The notes under the pieces: model-generated | Told to the model about the DNA's origin: nothing | The model's database searches: none | Seen by the model: only the letters and a program-made list of their open reading frames with translations | Position numbers and translations under genes: made by a program | IMG/VR virus record: IMGVR_UViG_3300035703_002708 | Reading direction: 5' to 3' (one strand) | From: a virus | Lineage: Duplodnaviria; Caudoviricetes | Length of the DNA stretch: 64,000 bases | Shown: one piece after another, positions 30,398 through 40,690 of the stretch | Numbering within the stretch: the stretch's first letter is position 1 | Layout: each line of letters opens with the position of its first letter

Positions 30398-30995
30398 GAA
30401 TACCATTTTCCTCCAAAAAATCATATAGATACTTTCTTTGTTCAAAGGTCCAATCCTGAACGAATATACAATCCATTTTACCTTTGGAAACAAAATTGTT
30501 TCCAAGATTATTAACAAACCGTTCAGCGTCATCATCAGTTTTAAGTGAAAATAATGTAAATTTTTCTTCAAATTGGACAATTATCTTGTTATTGATTTTA
30601 GAAATCATTTTTAAACCAGGTTTCGTGAGATAGTTTTTAATAAACTTATCAACTGAAATTCTGTTTTTGGTTTGAATATCATAAATTAACTCTTCAACCC
30701 TATACTCAATCATTCTAACAAGTTCGAACTCAGGGTCCTCAAAATCAACCTTGACATTTCTCCCAAGATAATCCTGCATATAAACAGAACTTTTACCACC
30801 TTTTCCGTATTTCAATAACCCTAACTGATAATCACACCTATATCCGTTTTCATATTGTTTCTCAAACACAACTTCATTTGATTTTTTTTCTAACTTCTTA
30901 AAGTATTGATTAACTCTATCTAAAGTTTTAAATTTCTTTAAGATTTTTTGTTTAGTTCTATTTTTGAAAAGGACTACGATAAAATTAAATTCCAT
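30342..30995 (-). CDS. Hypothetical protein
   Basis: 217 aa ORF, divergent from dnaJ. Confidence 0.6.
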   Translation of the reverse strand: MEFNFIVVLFKNRTKQKILKKFKTLDRVNQYFKKLEKKSNEVVFEKQYENGYRCDYQLGLLKYGKGGKSSVYMQDYLGRNVKVDFEDPEFELVRMIEYRVEELIYDIQTKNRISVDKFIKNYLTKPGLKMISKINNKIIVQFEEKFTLFSLKTDDDAERFVNNLGNNFVSKGKMDCIFVQDWTFEQRKYLYDFLEENGIPKKVLYRHSTTFPVKHHP

Positions 30996-31033
30996 AGAAA
31001 TAAAATATTATTTAAACATTTGAAGTAAACCAT

Positions 31034-31990
31034 ATGTCAAATCCTAATTATTACGATGTACTAGGTGTTCAAGAACAAGCAACACAAGAAGAAATAAAAA
31101 AGGCGTATCGTAAATTAGCGGTAGAACATCACCCTGACAAAGGTGGGGATGAAAACAGATTCAAAGAAATTGCAAACGCTTACGGTGTATTGGGGGACGA
31201 AAATAAAAGAAAACAATACGACCAACAAAAAAACAATCCATTTGCAGGATTTAATGGTGGTGGAGGTGGACCATCTATGGATGATTTATTTGCTCAGTTC
31301 TTTGGTGGAATGGGTAATATGGGAGGACAACAAAGAAGACAAAGACAAACTCCTGAAAAACTGATAGATGTTAACGTCACAGTTTTAGACTCATATAAGT
31401 CAGAATCAAAAAATATTGTATACAACAGAAAACACCAGTGTGGAGATTGTTCAGGACAAGGTGGGGAAAGACAACATTGTGGACATTGTGGGGGACAAGG
31501 TTTCGTACAACAAAGGGTAGGTACCGCTATGTTTATGCAAATGATGACAGTTGAATGTCCTTCCTGTAGAGGTAAAGGACATACTTTCAAAACTACTTGC
31601 CATTCTTGTCACGGTGAAGGTACAAAATCATCTATGGAACAAATAAATATCAAAGTTCCACATGGTATAGATAACGGTCAATTTATCAAGATACAAGGTA
31701 AAGGAGATTTTTCAGAGAATATGTATGGTAATCTTGTTATAAGGTTCAATGTGTCTTCTGTTGATAATTTTGAAAAACATGGACAAGATATGATATACAA
31801 TAAATTTTTCAATTTAGAGGAACTACAAAAAGATTCTTTTGAGGTTCCACATCCAGATGGTTCAATTGCAATTAGAATACCTCAAGAGTTTGATACAACA
31901 AAACCCCTTCGAGTTAAGTCAAAGGGGTTTAGAGGGTCTCAACAAGGAGACTTATACGTAAAACTCAATGTAAAGTTTGTTAGAAAATAA
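31034..31990 (+). CDS. dnaJ: DnaJ/Hsp40 co-chaperone (type I)
   Basis: J domain with HPD, G/F-rich region, four CxxCxGxG repeats, C-terminal domain. Confidence 0.93.
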   Translation: MSNPNYYDVLGVQEQATQEEIKKAYRKLAVEHHPDKGGDENRFKEIANAYGVLGDENKRKQYDQQKNNPFAGFNGGGGGPSMDDLFAQFFGGMGNMGGQQRRQRQTPEKLIDVNVTVLDSYKSESKNIVYNRKHQCGDCSGQGGERQHCGHCGGQGFVQQRVGTAMFMQMMTVECPSCRGKGHTFKTTCHSCHGEGTKSSMEQINIKVPHGIDNGQFIKIQGKGDFSENMYGNLVIRFNVSSVDNFEKHGQDMIYNKFFNLEELQKDSFEVPHPDGSIAIRIPQEFDTTKPLRVKSKGFRGSQQGDLYVKLNVKFVRK

Positions 31991-32165
31991 AATTAAAAAT
32001 TTGTTTGAAAAGTATAAAATTACCATAAAAAGCCATTATCATCATCCAAATAGCAATCCAAAACATACCACTTCTTTGTAATTTTGGTTTATTTTTACAG
32101 GTTTTACAATTTGGGTCTTTTTGACCCACTTCTTTTGCGTATAGTGTTTCTAGTAATTCGTCCAT
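31980..32165 (-). CDS. Small membrane protein with CxxC
   Basis: CKTCKN followed by one TM segment. Confidence 0.5.
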   Translation of the reverse strand: MDELLETLYAKEVGQKDPNCKTCKNKPKLQRSGMFWIAIWMMIMAFYGNFILFKQIFNFIF

Positions 32166-32210
32166 AATATTTTTTTCAAAAAAATAAACTCAATTTTTTT
32201 TTGGTAAAGA

Positions 32211-32241
32211 TTTGGACGGAATGATATTTTTAGTATCTTTG
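32211..32241 (+). promoter_or_regulatory. Bacteroidota-type housekeeping (early) promoter
   Basis: TTTG(32211)-N19-TATCTTTG(32234). Confidence 0.7.
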
Positions 32242-32272
32242 TATCACAATAAACAAATAAACACATACAGTC

Positions 32273-32398
32273 ATGAAAACTTTCGAAGGTCTCTCAGAAC
32301 GTCACGTAGCACAAATCATTCGTCGTAAGATGATTCAGAAGGTTAAACCTTCAGGTAAGGTCTATGACCGTAACAAAACTAAGAAGTCAGTGTTTTAG
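32273..32398 (+). CDS. 41-aa basic microprotein
   Basis: MKTFEGLSERHVAQIIRRKMIQKVKPSGKVYDRNKTKKSVF*; own promoter; not in ORF track. Confidence 0.6.
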   Translation: MKTFEGLSERHVAQIIRRKMIQKVKPSGKVYDRNKTKKSVF

Positions 32399-32409
32399 TC
32401 AGGTTGGTG

Positions 32410-32438
32410 TTGATATATCACCCACAAAATGCTATACT
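32410..32438 (+). promoter_or_regulatory. -35/-10 type promoter
   Basis: TTGATA-N17-TATACT upstream of Dam-family gene. Confidence 0.55.
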
Positions 32439-32454
32439 TCTCTAAAAAACAATT

Positions 32455-33300
32455 ATGCCAGTTAGTTATATCGGGGGTAAATCCAAAATCGGTAAGTGGA
32501 TTACCCCCCACTATCCAAAAGATATCAAAACATACTCTGAATGTTTCGGGGGAATGTTTTGGTGTTTTTTTAATATGGACCTGAAAGAGTTTTCAGAGTT
32601 ATCTACCGTAATTTATAACGACTTCAATCCACTTAACTCGAACTTCTTTCGGTGTTTGAAAAACCCTGAACAATTATTGATTGAGGTGGAGAAAATACCT
32701 TGTCAACAAAAGGGTGTTTCATCAACGCCACCCGAATATAAGGAACTATTCAATAACTACCAAAAGAAATTATTTGATAGTGAATTTAAAGTAGGAGATG
32801 AACCCGATTACGAAGTTGCGGCTCAATACGCTTACATACTAACACAAGTATTTTCAGGAAGTAAACCTGAAAAGAGTTCATACATAGACCTCAAAGGAAA
32901 TTACAAGTCAAAGTATTTGACATTCAGAGATAAGTTGAAAAATCCAAAATGGGTCGAGAAGTTTAAGAAAATACAAGTTGTTGAGAATATGGATTTTGAA
33001 GAGTTCATTAAGAAATACGACAACGAAGATTTTTATGTGTATGTAGACGCCCCTTACTACAAAACAGAAGATTACTACTCCAATCACGACTTCGGTTTGA
33101 AAGACCACGAAAGACTGGCAAATACCTTAAAAAATATGAAAGGAAAGTTCTCTATGTCATATTATTATTTTTCACAATTGGAAGAATGGTTTCCAAAAGA
33201 CCAGTACAGATGGGAATCCAAGTCATTCGCAAAGGCTGCGGGTGCTAAAAAGGGTGGGAAACAATCTATTGGTGAGGAACTTTTGATTATGAATTATTAA
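32455..33300 (+). CDS. Dam/D12-family DNA adenine methyltransferase
   Basis: SYIGGK, ECFGG, YNDFN, ENMDF, YVDAPYY (DPPY variant), EELLIMNY. Confidence 0.85.
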   Translation: MPVSYIGGKSKIGKWITPHYPKDIKTYSECFGGMFWCFFNMDLKEFSELSTVIYNDFNPLNSNFFRCLKNPEQLLIEVEKIPCQQKGVSSTPPEYKELFNNYQKKLFDSEFKVGDEPDYEVAAQYAYILTQVFSGSKPEKSSYIDLKGNYKSKYLTFRDKLKNPKWVEKFKKIQVVENMDFEEFIKKYDNEDFYVYVDAPYYKTEDYYSNHDFGLKDHERLANTLKNMKGKFSMSYYYFSQLEEWFPKDQYRWESKSFAKAAGAKKGGKQSIGEELLIMNY

Positions 33301-33348
33301 TTTTTTTCCGTTTCATAGGTATTTATTTAAGAATAAAACAAAATACAA

Positions 33349-35175
33349 ATGAGATTAGTAAAACTATTGTCTTCAGTCGTAACTGAAAGGTCAACACCTA
33401 AGTCCGTGTTGTTAGAAATTTCAGCAAAATTAAAAGCCTCTTTGGTAGCCAAATTTAAAGAACAAACATCTGATTCACCTGATACAATCGGAGAATACAT
33501 CGATGAGTTTGAAAAGTATAAAAATGGTCTTCCGGCAGATAAAAGGGATTTAAGTAAATTCAACTACCCCGAACTTAAAAAAATTATCGATACCAAAAAG
33601 TTCCAAAAAAACGAAAAGGAACTCTTCACTAAATTTAAGAAAAAAGAAGAGAAACTTGAAAGAGTTGAGTTGGCAAGAACCGTAAGAAAGTTCTTGGAAA
33701 TCCAATCTAAATTTGGTAAGGTAAAAGACCCAACCAATTATAAGTTTTTAGATTTTTCTAAATTGGTAACTCAAGTTTATCCTAAATACATCAAAGAGAT
33801 TTTGATGGATAAATTCAAAAAGGAAAACACACAACTTACAGAAGACATATTAGATTATTATATCTCTGCATACATCGATAACTTTGATGAGTTGTATCCA
33901 CAAATGCCGCCACCAACACAATTAACATTCTCAGATTTCGAACACTACATTGATGGAATGAACAAAGGTTTGGCAAACGCAGGAGGTAAAGAATCAACTG
34001 AAGATATTGAGATTGTTTATGACGACAATAACTTGATGATTTTCCAACCAAAAACAAGAGACCAATGTATCAGATTGAAAAATGGTCGTAGTTGGTGTAC
34101 ATCCCGTGAAGGAAGCTCAAACTTGTTTTATAACTATAGATTAGACAACAGAAGAACACTTTATTATGTAATTGACCAAGATAAAGAATACTCTGATGTG
34201 AATTTTGCGGTTGTTGTTTTGGTTGACCCTGATGGAGATATGTCTCTTGCTGATGGCACAAACTCAGGTAGATATTCAGGACATCAAAACATTCCTTGGA
34301 ATGAGATTGCTACAAAAATTCCAAAACTTAAAAACCTTAGAGAGGTTTTCAAACCAAAACCACTAACTCAAGAAGAACTCGAGGTGATTAGTCAAATAAG
34401 AAATACTAGAGTTGGAGATAATCCAATTGAAGATTTAGGTTCTGAAGATAGAGCAGAAATGTGGTTGGAAATTAAATCACCAAGATTAAGTGACAAACAA
34501 TTTGAAAACCTTACAGTTCCATTAAGAAAAAAATACATCGCACTTGGACACGATTTGACTGCGGGTATGATTAATGTGGCGGACCCTGATACAAAAAAAT
34601 ATTACGTAAGTAAACAAATTGAATTAATTAAAACAAAGAGTTTAAATCAACTTTCTGAGTCAGATATTGCTATCCTTAACTTACCTGGTATGACCAAGTT
34701 AAAAGAGGAGATGAAAAAGAAATTTGCAACCGACTTCCAATCAGGAGACAACATATCAATCAGAATACCAGCACAAAAAGAAGGTAAATATATTGCTCTT
34801 TACGGTTTTGATGAACTTATTAGAAATCTTTCTTCAAATGTTAAATTCTTTGAGATTGTTTGTACGGAGAAAAATTATCCACAGTATGATTTACCGTCAG
34901 AATTTTGTGAGAGATTTACACAATTAGAAACTTTGGTGTTGGAAAACATCGTATCTAGTATCCCTGATAATATTAGTAACTTGAGAAATCTTACAGTACT
35001 AAATCTGAAAGGCAATCAACAACTTAAAACACTACCTAGTTCAGTATTGAAGATGGGTAATTTGGATATGGTTATTTTAAGAAATGCTCCTGATGACTTT
35101 ACACCTCCGCAAGGGTTTGATGAATATTTCGAAGACATGGGAGATAATTTTTATTACAGAACGAAGTTCGATTAA
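33349..35175 (+). CDS. Leucine-rich-repeat protein (paralog A)
   Basis: C-terminal LxxLxL/IPxxIxxL repeats; SWCTS domain; TATTTAT at 33320. Confidence 0.7.
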   Translation: MRLVKLLSSVVTERSTPKSVLLEISAKLKASLVAKFKEQTSDSPDTIGEYIDEFEKYKNGLPADKRDLSKFNYPELKKIIDTKKFQKNEKELFTKFKKKEEKLERVELARTVRKFLEIQSKFGKVKDPTNYKFLDFSKLVTQVYPKYIKEILMDKFKKENTQLTEDILDYYISAYIDNFDELYPQMPPPTQLTFSDFEHYIDGMNKGLANAGGKESTEDIEIVYDDNNLMIFQPKTRDQCIRLKNGRSWCTSREGSSNLFYNYRLDNRRTLYYVIDQDKEYSDVNFAVVVLVDPDGDMSLADGTNSGRYSGHQNIPWNEIATKIPKLKNLREVFKPKPLTQEELEVISQIRNTRVGDNPIEDLGSEDRAEMWLEIKSPRLSDKQFENLTVPLRKKYIALGHDLTAGMINVADPDTKKYYVSKQIELIKTKSLNQLSESDIAILNLPGMTKLKEEMKKKFATDFQSGDNISIRIPAQKEGKYIALYGFDELIRNLSSNVKFFEIVCTEKNYPQYDLPSEFCERFTQLETLVLENIVSSIPDNISNLRNLTVLNLKGNQQLKTLPSSVLKMGNLDMVILRNAPDDFTPPQGFDEYFEDMGDNFYYRTKFD

Positions 35176-35196
35176 TTTATTTTTTAATTTTGTGAA

Positions 35197-36567
35197 ATGA
35201 GAAACATAAAACTAAATAACGTCCTTCGTAGAATATTAAGAGAGGATTCTCGTTTGGATGTCTTGATTGACAAATATACTAAACCAAAAAAAGACGCTGA
35301 AAGAGGTACATCTAAAGCCTTAATGGGATTGGATATTTTGGGACAGATTATATTCGCTGACCCAACTACAAAAAAACCACAAGGAGATTTTGATACAACT
35401 GATTATAGTTTGGAAAACCTTAAAAAGGTACAACCTGGTCAGTATGTAAATTGGATGTTAAAAAACTTTGAAAGACCTGAATTAGACGATACTGGTGATT
35501 TGGCAAGGGCAAGGTCTTTATTTATGGAGGACCTATTCAAAGTAACGGACGATTTAGTTAAATTCACAAAGTACAAGCAATATTTCCCCGTTGATAAAAG
35601 AGATATCAACAAGTTTACACCACAATCATTATTTACGTTTTTGAATAACTTTGAACTACCTGAACGAGTAAGAGAAAAACTTAAAAAGTCAGAAGTTAAA
35701 AAAGAAATCAGAAAAGAACGAGAAGGATTCAAACATCCTGGTGCAAAAGTTGAGATGGTAGGTGATAATTACACGGTAGTGAAAATAGAAGGAACTGATG
35801 AGAAGGCACAAGAAGCCGCATCTTGGTATGGTGGATATTATGACCACGCAAACGGTGAGTCAAGATGGTGTACTTCACCACCTAATTCGAATTACTTCAG
35901 AGGATATGCAAAAGATGGTCCTCTTTATGTTATATTAGCAAATAACGATAATGGTAAAGTTGGAGGAAGAACTGGACTACCACAAGAAAGGTACCAATTC
36001 CATTTCCCATCCAATCAATTTATGGATAGATTAGATAATCAAATCAATTTAATTGAGTTTCTTAATAACAAGGCACCTGATTTGAAAGAATATTTTAAAC
36101 CTGAGTTTGCTGAGGGTATTGCTCAAAAAGGTACCAAAGTTGATATTAGTTATCCAAATAGTGCCGCAGGAAAATATATCGCCCTTTACGGATTTGAAGA
36201 ACTAATCGAAAATCTACCAGCGACCTTAACAGAGTTCGGATTTGTCAATAAGTCAAGTGATAAATTGGCTTGGGATATACCACCAAGTATTGGTAAATTC
36301 AAAGACCTAACGATGTTACAATTAGATGGAATTGTTAATACATTACCTGACGAGATTGGTAATTTATCAAACTTGTTTATGTTGGTATTATCTAATAATA
36401 AGAACCTCAAATCCTTACCACCTTCGATTGGTAAGTTGGATAGTTTGGTTGTATTGAACCTTATGGGTTGTGATAAAGACCTGTTTGGAACATTACCTCA
36501 AGACGTTCAAAAACAATTTAGTACAGAGTCACACGCAGAACAATTTTATGTTCATAACACTAATTAA
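35197..36567 (+). CDS. Leucine-rich-repeat protein (paralog B)
   Basis: IPPSIGKF, LPDEIGNL, LPPSIGKL repeats; RWCTS; shares GKYIALYGF with paralog A. Confidence 0.72.
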   Translation: MRNIKLNNVLRRILREDSRLDVLIDKYTKPKKDAERGTSKALMGLDILGQIIFADPTTKKPQGDFDTTDYSLENLKKVQPGQYVNWMLKNFERPELDDTGDLARARSLFMEDLFKVTDDLVKFTKYKQYFPVDKRDINKFTPQSLFTFLNNFELPERVREKLKKSEVKKEIRKEREGFKHPGAKVEMVGDNYTVVKIEGTDEKAQEAASWYGGYYDHANGESRWCTSPPNSNYFRGYAKDGPLYVILANNDNGKVGGRTGLPQERYQFHFPSNQFMDRLDNQINLIEFLNNKAPDLKEYFKPEFAEGIAQKGTKVDISYPNSAAGKYIALYGFEELIENLPATLTEFGFVNKSSDKLAWDIPPSIGKFKDLTMLQLDGIVNTLPDEIGNLSNLFMLVLSNNKNLKSLPPSIGKLDSLVVLNLMGCDKDLFGTLPQDVQKQFSTESHAEQFYVHNTN

Positions 36568-36569
36568 AA

Positions 36570-36863
36570 ATGAATAACTTAGATGTCGAATTGTATATGA
36601 GTCAGTTTGTGACTTTCTTCGAGAATAACCCAAATGATTTATTAGATTTAATTGGGGACTCGGACAAGGAATTATTTTATGATTTGGTAAAAGAGCAGTG
36701 TGAAAAAAATATAGAATCTGGTGATGAGGTGTCATTAACACAACATCAGATTATTGAGATTGTTGTAAAACTCAAAAAAGTTAATTTGGAAAATCACCAA
36801 ATGGTTGTAATAGTAGATAAGGTATTTCAATCAACATCTTTCGGAATGATTGGACTTAATTAA
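36570..36863 (+). CDS. Hypothetical protein
   Basis: 97 aa ORF. Confidence 0.55.
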   Translation: MNNLDVELYMSQFVTFFENNPNDLLDLIGDSDKELFYDLVKEQCEKNIESGDEVSLTQHQIIEIVVKLKKVNLENHQMVVIVDKVFQSTSFGMIGLN

Positions 36864-36895
36864 TTTGTTTTTATTGTAGATTGTTTTTATATTTG
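36864..36895 (+). promoter_or_regulatory. Bacteroidota-type housekeeping promoter
   Basis: TTTG(36864)-N20-TATATTTG(36888). Confidence 0.65.
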
Positions 36896-36920
36896 TGTTT
36901 GATTCAAAGTAATATTTTCT

Positions 36921-38594
36921 ATGATGAAAACAGATGTTGAAATCCTATATAAGCCTGAACGCGATGTTGAAATCCTATATAAGCATGAACGCAAAGTCTA
37001 CGGTACCAATTTTTTCAAAAACTCTTGTAGTTTAGAGGAAAGAACAAATACTAATCCTTTACCTCATATTACAGATGGTTTTGAATTTGATTCTTTATCA
37101 TCTGACAAGGAAGAAGATTTTGAAACAAACTTCGGTAATCCATTTTGTAGCGTCTCAAGAAGAAATAGAACTTTAGTTGTAGAAAAAACAGAAGATAAAG
37201 TTTCAATAAAAATATTTATCACAAGCACCGCAAGAAGAGTTGGTAGAGTTTATTTTGAAAAAACTAAGAACCTTTACTTCTTCACTTACAACATTAAGAC
37301 ACACGACTTTTATGATGGTGAGATAATTAATTACCACAAAAAAAGGAATTTCAGAAAAAAATTGAGGAGAAATCAGTTTTGGAGACAACCTATGATTCGT
37401 CTTATGGAATTTTTTGGGGGATTTTTCGCACAATCTGGTGAGAAACCAAGTAAAACTTTAGCCGTCACAGAATACGAAAAAGTAGTTAACCTTTTCACTT
37501 CCCAAATTCCCAACTACGACAAAAACTTTTTATTAACAAATGACGAGGCTTTGTTCAAAACACGGTGTGATAATTTAGGATATAAATTACCTGACAATTG
37601 GGCTTTATTTAGTAAAGTTTATCCAACCCCAACTAAAAAACTTTTAAAGAAACATAACTTCAAGTTTATAGATGCTTTACAATCAATCTATGGATTAAAT
37701 GGTGATAAGTTCAAAAAGATATTCCACGAAATAACTGATATAAATTCAAGGGCTTTAGAGTTCTCGGTAGATTTCTTCGGTGCCGAATTTTTTAAACAAC
37801 AAAAGGTAGAGTCCATTTTGAAAATCTTAACACACCACGACAGTTGGAGTTTTAAGTATTTGTTAGATAACCTACAAAAAATTGAATTCACTAAGCAAGA
37901 AAAGACAAACTTTTGGAATCTGTTTATATTAACAAGTGATAGTACGATTGATTTTTTTACACTATCTGAACACATAGATTTTATTGCAAGATTAAAAGGT
38001 TTTGGTGAGCAAGTTAAATTGAAGGCTAAAAACCGTAATCAGTTTATAGATGAACATACCGAGTTTTCGTCATTACTTCAGATGTATAAAAAAGGGGTTG
38101 TTTATAGACACTATAACGATGACTTTGTAAATAGAGTTGAGACACCTATTTTTGATAACGAATATTACTATCCTGTGTTACTCACAACAACGGAAGAGTA
38201 TAATCAGGAGTCGGCGGTTCAAAGTAATTGTGTTAGGGGATATTCAGATAAACCTTCGTCATTAATCATATCTTTACGTAAAGGAAGTAAAACATCCAAT
38301 GAACGGGCAACAATCGAATATAACTATCGGATGATGTCAGGTAAGATTTATATGACTAACATTCAGTGTTTGGGTAGGTTCAATAACAAACTGCCCGATG
38401 ACTGGAATTATGTTGTAAGAAAACTAAATGAGAGAATTCAATTACTAGGTTCTTCCAACGTATTTACCTTACCTGAACTAATAACTAAATTTAAACACAA
38501 AGAAATTTACCAAAAGGCGACATTCGATAAAAACGGATACCCCCATTGGGATAATGGATTAGAAAACGAAGAAGCGGATTTATTAGTATGGTAA
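36921..38594 (+). CDS. PcfJ-domain protein
   Basis: C-terminal EEYNQESAVQSNCVRGY...IISLR...ATIE...QCLGRFN resembles PcfJ (E..m.HCV..Y). Confidence 0.65.
   Translation: MMKTDVEILYKPERDVEILYKHERKVYGTNFFKNSCSLEERTNTNPLPHITDGFEFDSLSSDKEEDFETNFGNPFCSVSRRNRTLVVEKTEDKVSIKIFITSTARRVGRVYFEKTKNLYFFTYNIKTHDFYDGEIINYHKKRNFRKKLRRNQFWRQPMIRLMEFFGGFFAQSGEKPSKTLAVTEYEKVVNLFTSQIPNYDKNFLLTNDEALFKTRCDNLGYKLPDNWALFSKVYPTPTKKLLKKHNFKFIDALQSIYGLNGDKFKKIFHEITDINSRALEFSVDFFGAEFFKQQKVESILKILTHHDSWSFKYLLDNLQKIEFTKQEKTNFWNLFILTSDSTIDFFTLSEHIDFIARLKGFGEQVKLKAKNRNQFIDEHTEFSSLLQMYKKGVVYRHYNDDFVNRVETPIFDNEYYYPVLLTTTEEYNQESAVQSNCVRGYSDKPSSLIISLRKGSKTSNERATIEYNYRMMSGKIYMTNIQCLGRFNNKLPDDWNYVVRKLNERIQLLGSSNVFTLPELITKFKHKEIYQKATFDKNGYPHWDNGLENEEADLLVW
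36933..36992 (+). repeat. 30-bp in-frame tandem duplication
   Basis: GATGTTGAAATCCTATATAAGCCTGAACGC / GATGTTGAAATCCTATATAAGCATGAACGC (1 mismatch). Confidence 0.95.
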
Positions 38595-38932
38595 ATGAAC
38601 CTCAATTATTCAAAATCGAGAAAGATTTTCTAAATCGACAGGACACCCTGTTGAGTGTTATTACTTTTCACGATTTGGAATTGAGTCCGATATTTTTCGT
38701 AGAAAACGAAAAATTAGTTGATGAGTATGTATATATAGATATGACCACCCACAATAGAGGAGATGGTCAGGATATTAGAGAATATATAGTAAAACTAAAA
38801 GAGGGGTATTTTCTTTATTTCTCAAGAAGACCGAATGATTCAAGATTTAATCTGAAGGTTTTTTTCGGTAGTGATAAGAAATACTCTGACATTATTTTTC
38901 AAATAAACAGATATAATAATATAAAAAAATGA
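38588..38932 (+). CDS. Hypothetical protein
   Basis: 114 aa ORF in operon. Confidence 0.55.
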   Translation: MVNEPQLFKIEKDFLNRQDTLLSVITFHDLELSPIFFVENEKLVDEYVYIDMTTHNRGDGQDIREYIVKLKEGYFLYFSRRPNDSRFNLKVFFGSDKKYSDIIFQINRYNNIKK

Positions 38933-39243
38933 TTGAATTAACAGCACAACAAGTACAAGAAAAAATATCAGCAAATGAAAATTTCATTTTGGATTGCTAT
39001 GCACCGTGGTGTGGTCCGTGCAAAGTAATGATGCCGATGTTAGAAAACGCCTCATCTCAAATCTCAGAACTAAACATCTACAAATATAATGTGGATTCGG
39101 ATATGACACTGACATCTCAACTTGGAGTAAGAGGAGTTCCAACTATTAAAGGATTCAAAGAAGGTAAGGAAGTATTCAATAAAGTTGGTATCATGCAAAC
39201 AAACGAAATCATAAATTTATCTAAACAACTTATTAATGGATAA
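38929..39243 (+). CDS. trxA: Thioredoxin
   Basis: YAPWCGPCK, VRGVPT. Confidence 0.9.
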   Translation: MIELTAQQVQEKISANENFILDCYAPWCGPCKVMMPMLENASSQISELNIYKYNVDSDMTLTSQLGVRGVPTIKGFKEGKEVFNKVGIMQTNEIINLSKQLING

Positions 39244-39520
39244 GTTATTGATTTTATTCACGATGGAGGGGTGCCCTTTCTGTCAAATTATGAAAGACAG
39301 ATTGAACGAAGAGGAGATAGAATATTATGAAAGGGATATCAACATTTATCAAGAAGAATACGATATGTTCAAGGAAATCACCGAGAATGATTTTGTGCCA
39401 GCATTTATGATTGTCGAATCACCCGATGAGGAACCTTTCACACATTTATTTGCACCTGAAAGAGATTACAACGAAATAGAAGAAGGTATTGGTATTATCA
39501 AAGAACATTTCAGTCGTTAA
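39236..39520 (+). CDS. Glutaredoxin/NrdH-like redoxin
   Basis: GCPFC, FVPA. Confidence 0.8.
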   Translation: MDKLLILFTMEGCPFCQIMKDRLNEEEIEYYERDINIYQEEYDMFKEITENDFVPAFMIVESPDEEPFTHLFAPERDYNEIEEGIGIIKEHFSR

Positions 39521-39534
39521 GGTATTTATGTCAT

Positions 39535-39879
39535 ATGGACATAATAGTAGATAAACCACAGTTAGTAAGAGTAGTTTTACTGTATCTTAATAAGAATTTT
39601 GGAAATTTAACTCCTAAGACTAGTTCAAAATTTCCTGACTCAGTATTTTACGTAAACTCAGATAACGAGATTCTTATGGAATACAATAAGGAAACTGAAC
39701 GTGTTTATATTCATTACGACCAAATTTGGTCAAAATTCGAATCGTTATTTCACCTTAATCCTGTGGATATTCTATCAATTATGAAAGTTTGGTTGGAAGA
39801 GGATTACAAATTGGGGAATTCAAAACTTCGTATCCTCCCAAAGCACTCTGTTAACCATTGGAAGAGACTTACAAATTGA
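39535..39879 (+). CDS. Hypothetical protein with N-terminal leader
   Basis: MDIIVDKPQLVRVVLLYLNK; TATTTAT at 39523. Confidence 0.6.
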   Translation: MDIIVDKPQLVRVVLLYLNKNFGNLTPKTSSKFPDSVFYVNSDNEILMEYNKETERVYIHYDQIWSKFESLFHLNPVDILSIMKVWLEEDYKLGNSKLRILPKHSVNHWKRLTN

Positions 39880-39909
39880 AGTAAGAAAAATAACATTTTA
39901 GTATATTAT

Positions 39910-39938
39910 AAACCCACCCCCATTAAGGTGGGTTTTTT
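39910..39938 (+). terminator. Intrinsic terminator
   Basis: AAACCCACC-loop-GGTGGGTTT followed by T run. Confidence 0.75.
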
Positions 39939-40000
39939 GTTTTCAGATATTTATAGGTAAGTCCTAAAAATGAAAACTAAACCTAAAAATATACTAACAG

Positions 40001-40690
40001 ATGAAATCCTTTATCTTACTATTGTTATTTTTACTTCCTTCATTAATCCAAGGTCAAAGTTATACCATAAGTGGTAATTATACTTATGGAATTTCAGTTT
40101 TTGATTTGGATAAAACATCCTTTTATGATTTAAGAAACGAAAGAAGATTTACACCAGGGTATTCCTATGGTCTGTCAATTGGAAAGTTTTACAGGTCAGG
40201 ATATTATCAAAAAAAGTTTTGGGGTGTGAAACTCGAATTCAACAAGTTTCAGTATGCGCAGAACATCAGGCTAGTTCCCGAATCAATTCCACTGACCTCA
40301 CTCAAATTTATTGAGAAACGAATACAAGTAGATGGTTATTCAATTACACCAACCGCTTGTTATTACCCATCTGTAGGACAAAGTTTATTTGTTGAGTTCG
40401 GACCATCTTTTAATCACATATCTCAACAAACACAATCAACAGTATCAAATACAGTAGGTTTTGACTCACCATTAGTGCCCTATGAGTTTAAAAAAAATTT
40501 TCTTAGTTTATATTTGAGGTCTGGAGTATATTTTAATTTGACTGATTGGTTAGGTTTTAATATCGCTCTATTTTCAAAAACTAATATCACACCTGTTGTA
40601 GAAGATAACACATTTAGAAGTTATTTTTTTGGTGTTGATGGTGGTTTGACCTTTAGAATTGGAAAATGGAAAAGTTCTCGTACTCGTTAA
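40001..40690 (+). CDS. Outer-membrane beta-barrel protein (PorT/OmpA-barrel-like)
   Basis: Signal peptide, alternating amphipathic strands, terminal FFGVDGGLTFRIG. Confidence 0.6.
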   Translation: MKSFILLLLFLLPSLIQGQSYTISGNYTYGISVFDLDKTSFYDLRNERRFTPGYSYGLSIGKFYRSGYYQKKFWGVKLEFNKFQYAQNIRLVPESIPLTSLKFIEKRIQVDGYSITPTACYYPSVGQSLFVEFGPSFNHISQQTQSTVSNTVGFDSPLVPYEFKKNFLSLYLRSGVYFNLTDWLGFNIALFSKTNITPVVEDNTFRSYFFGVDGGLTFRIGKWKSSRTR

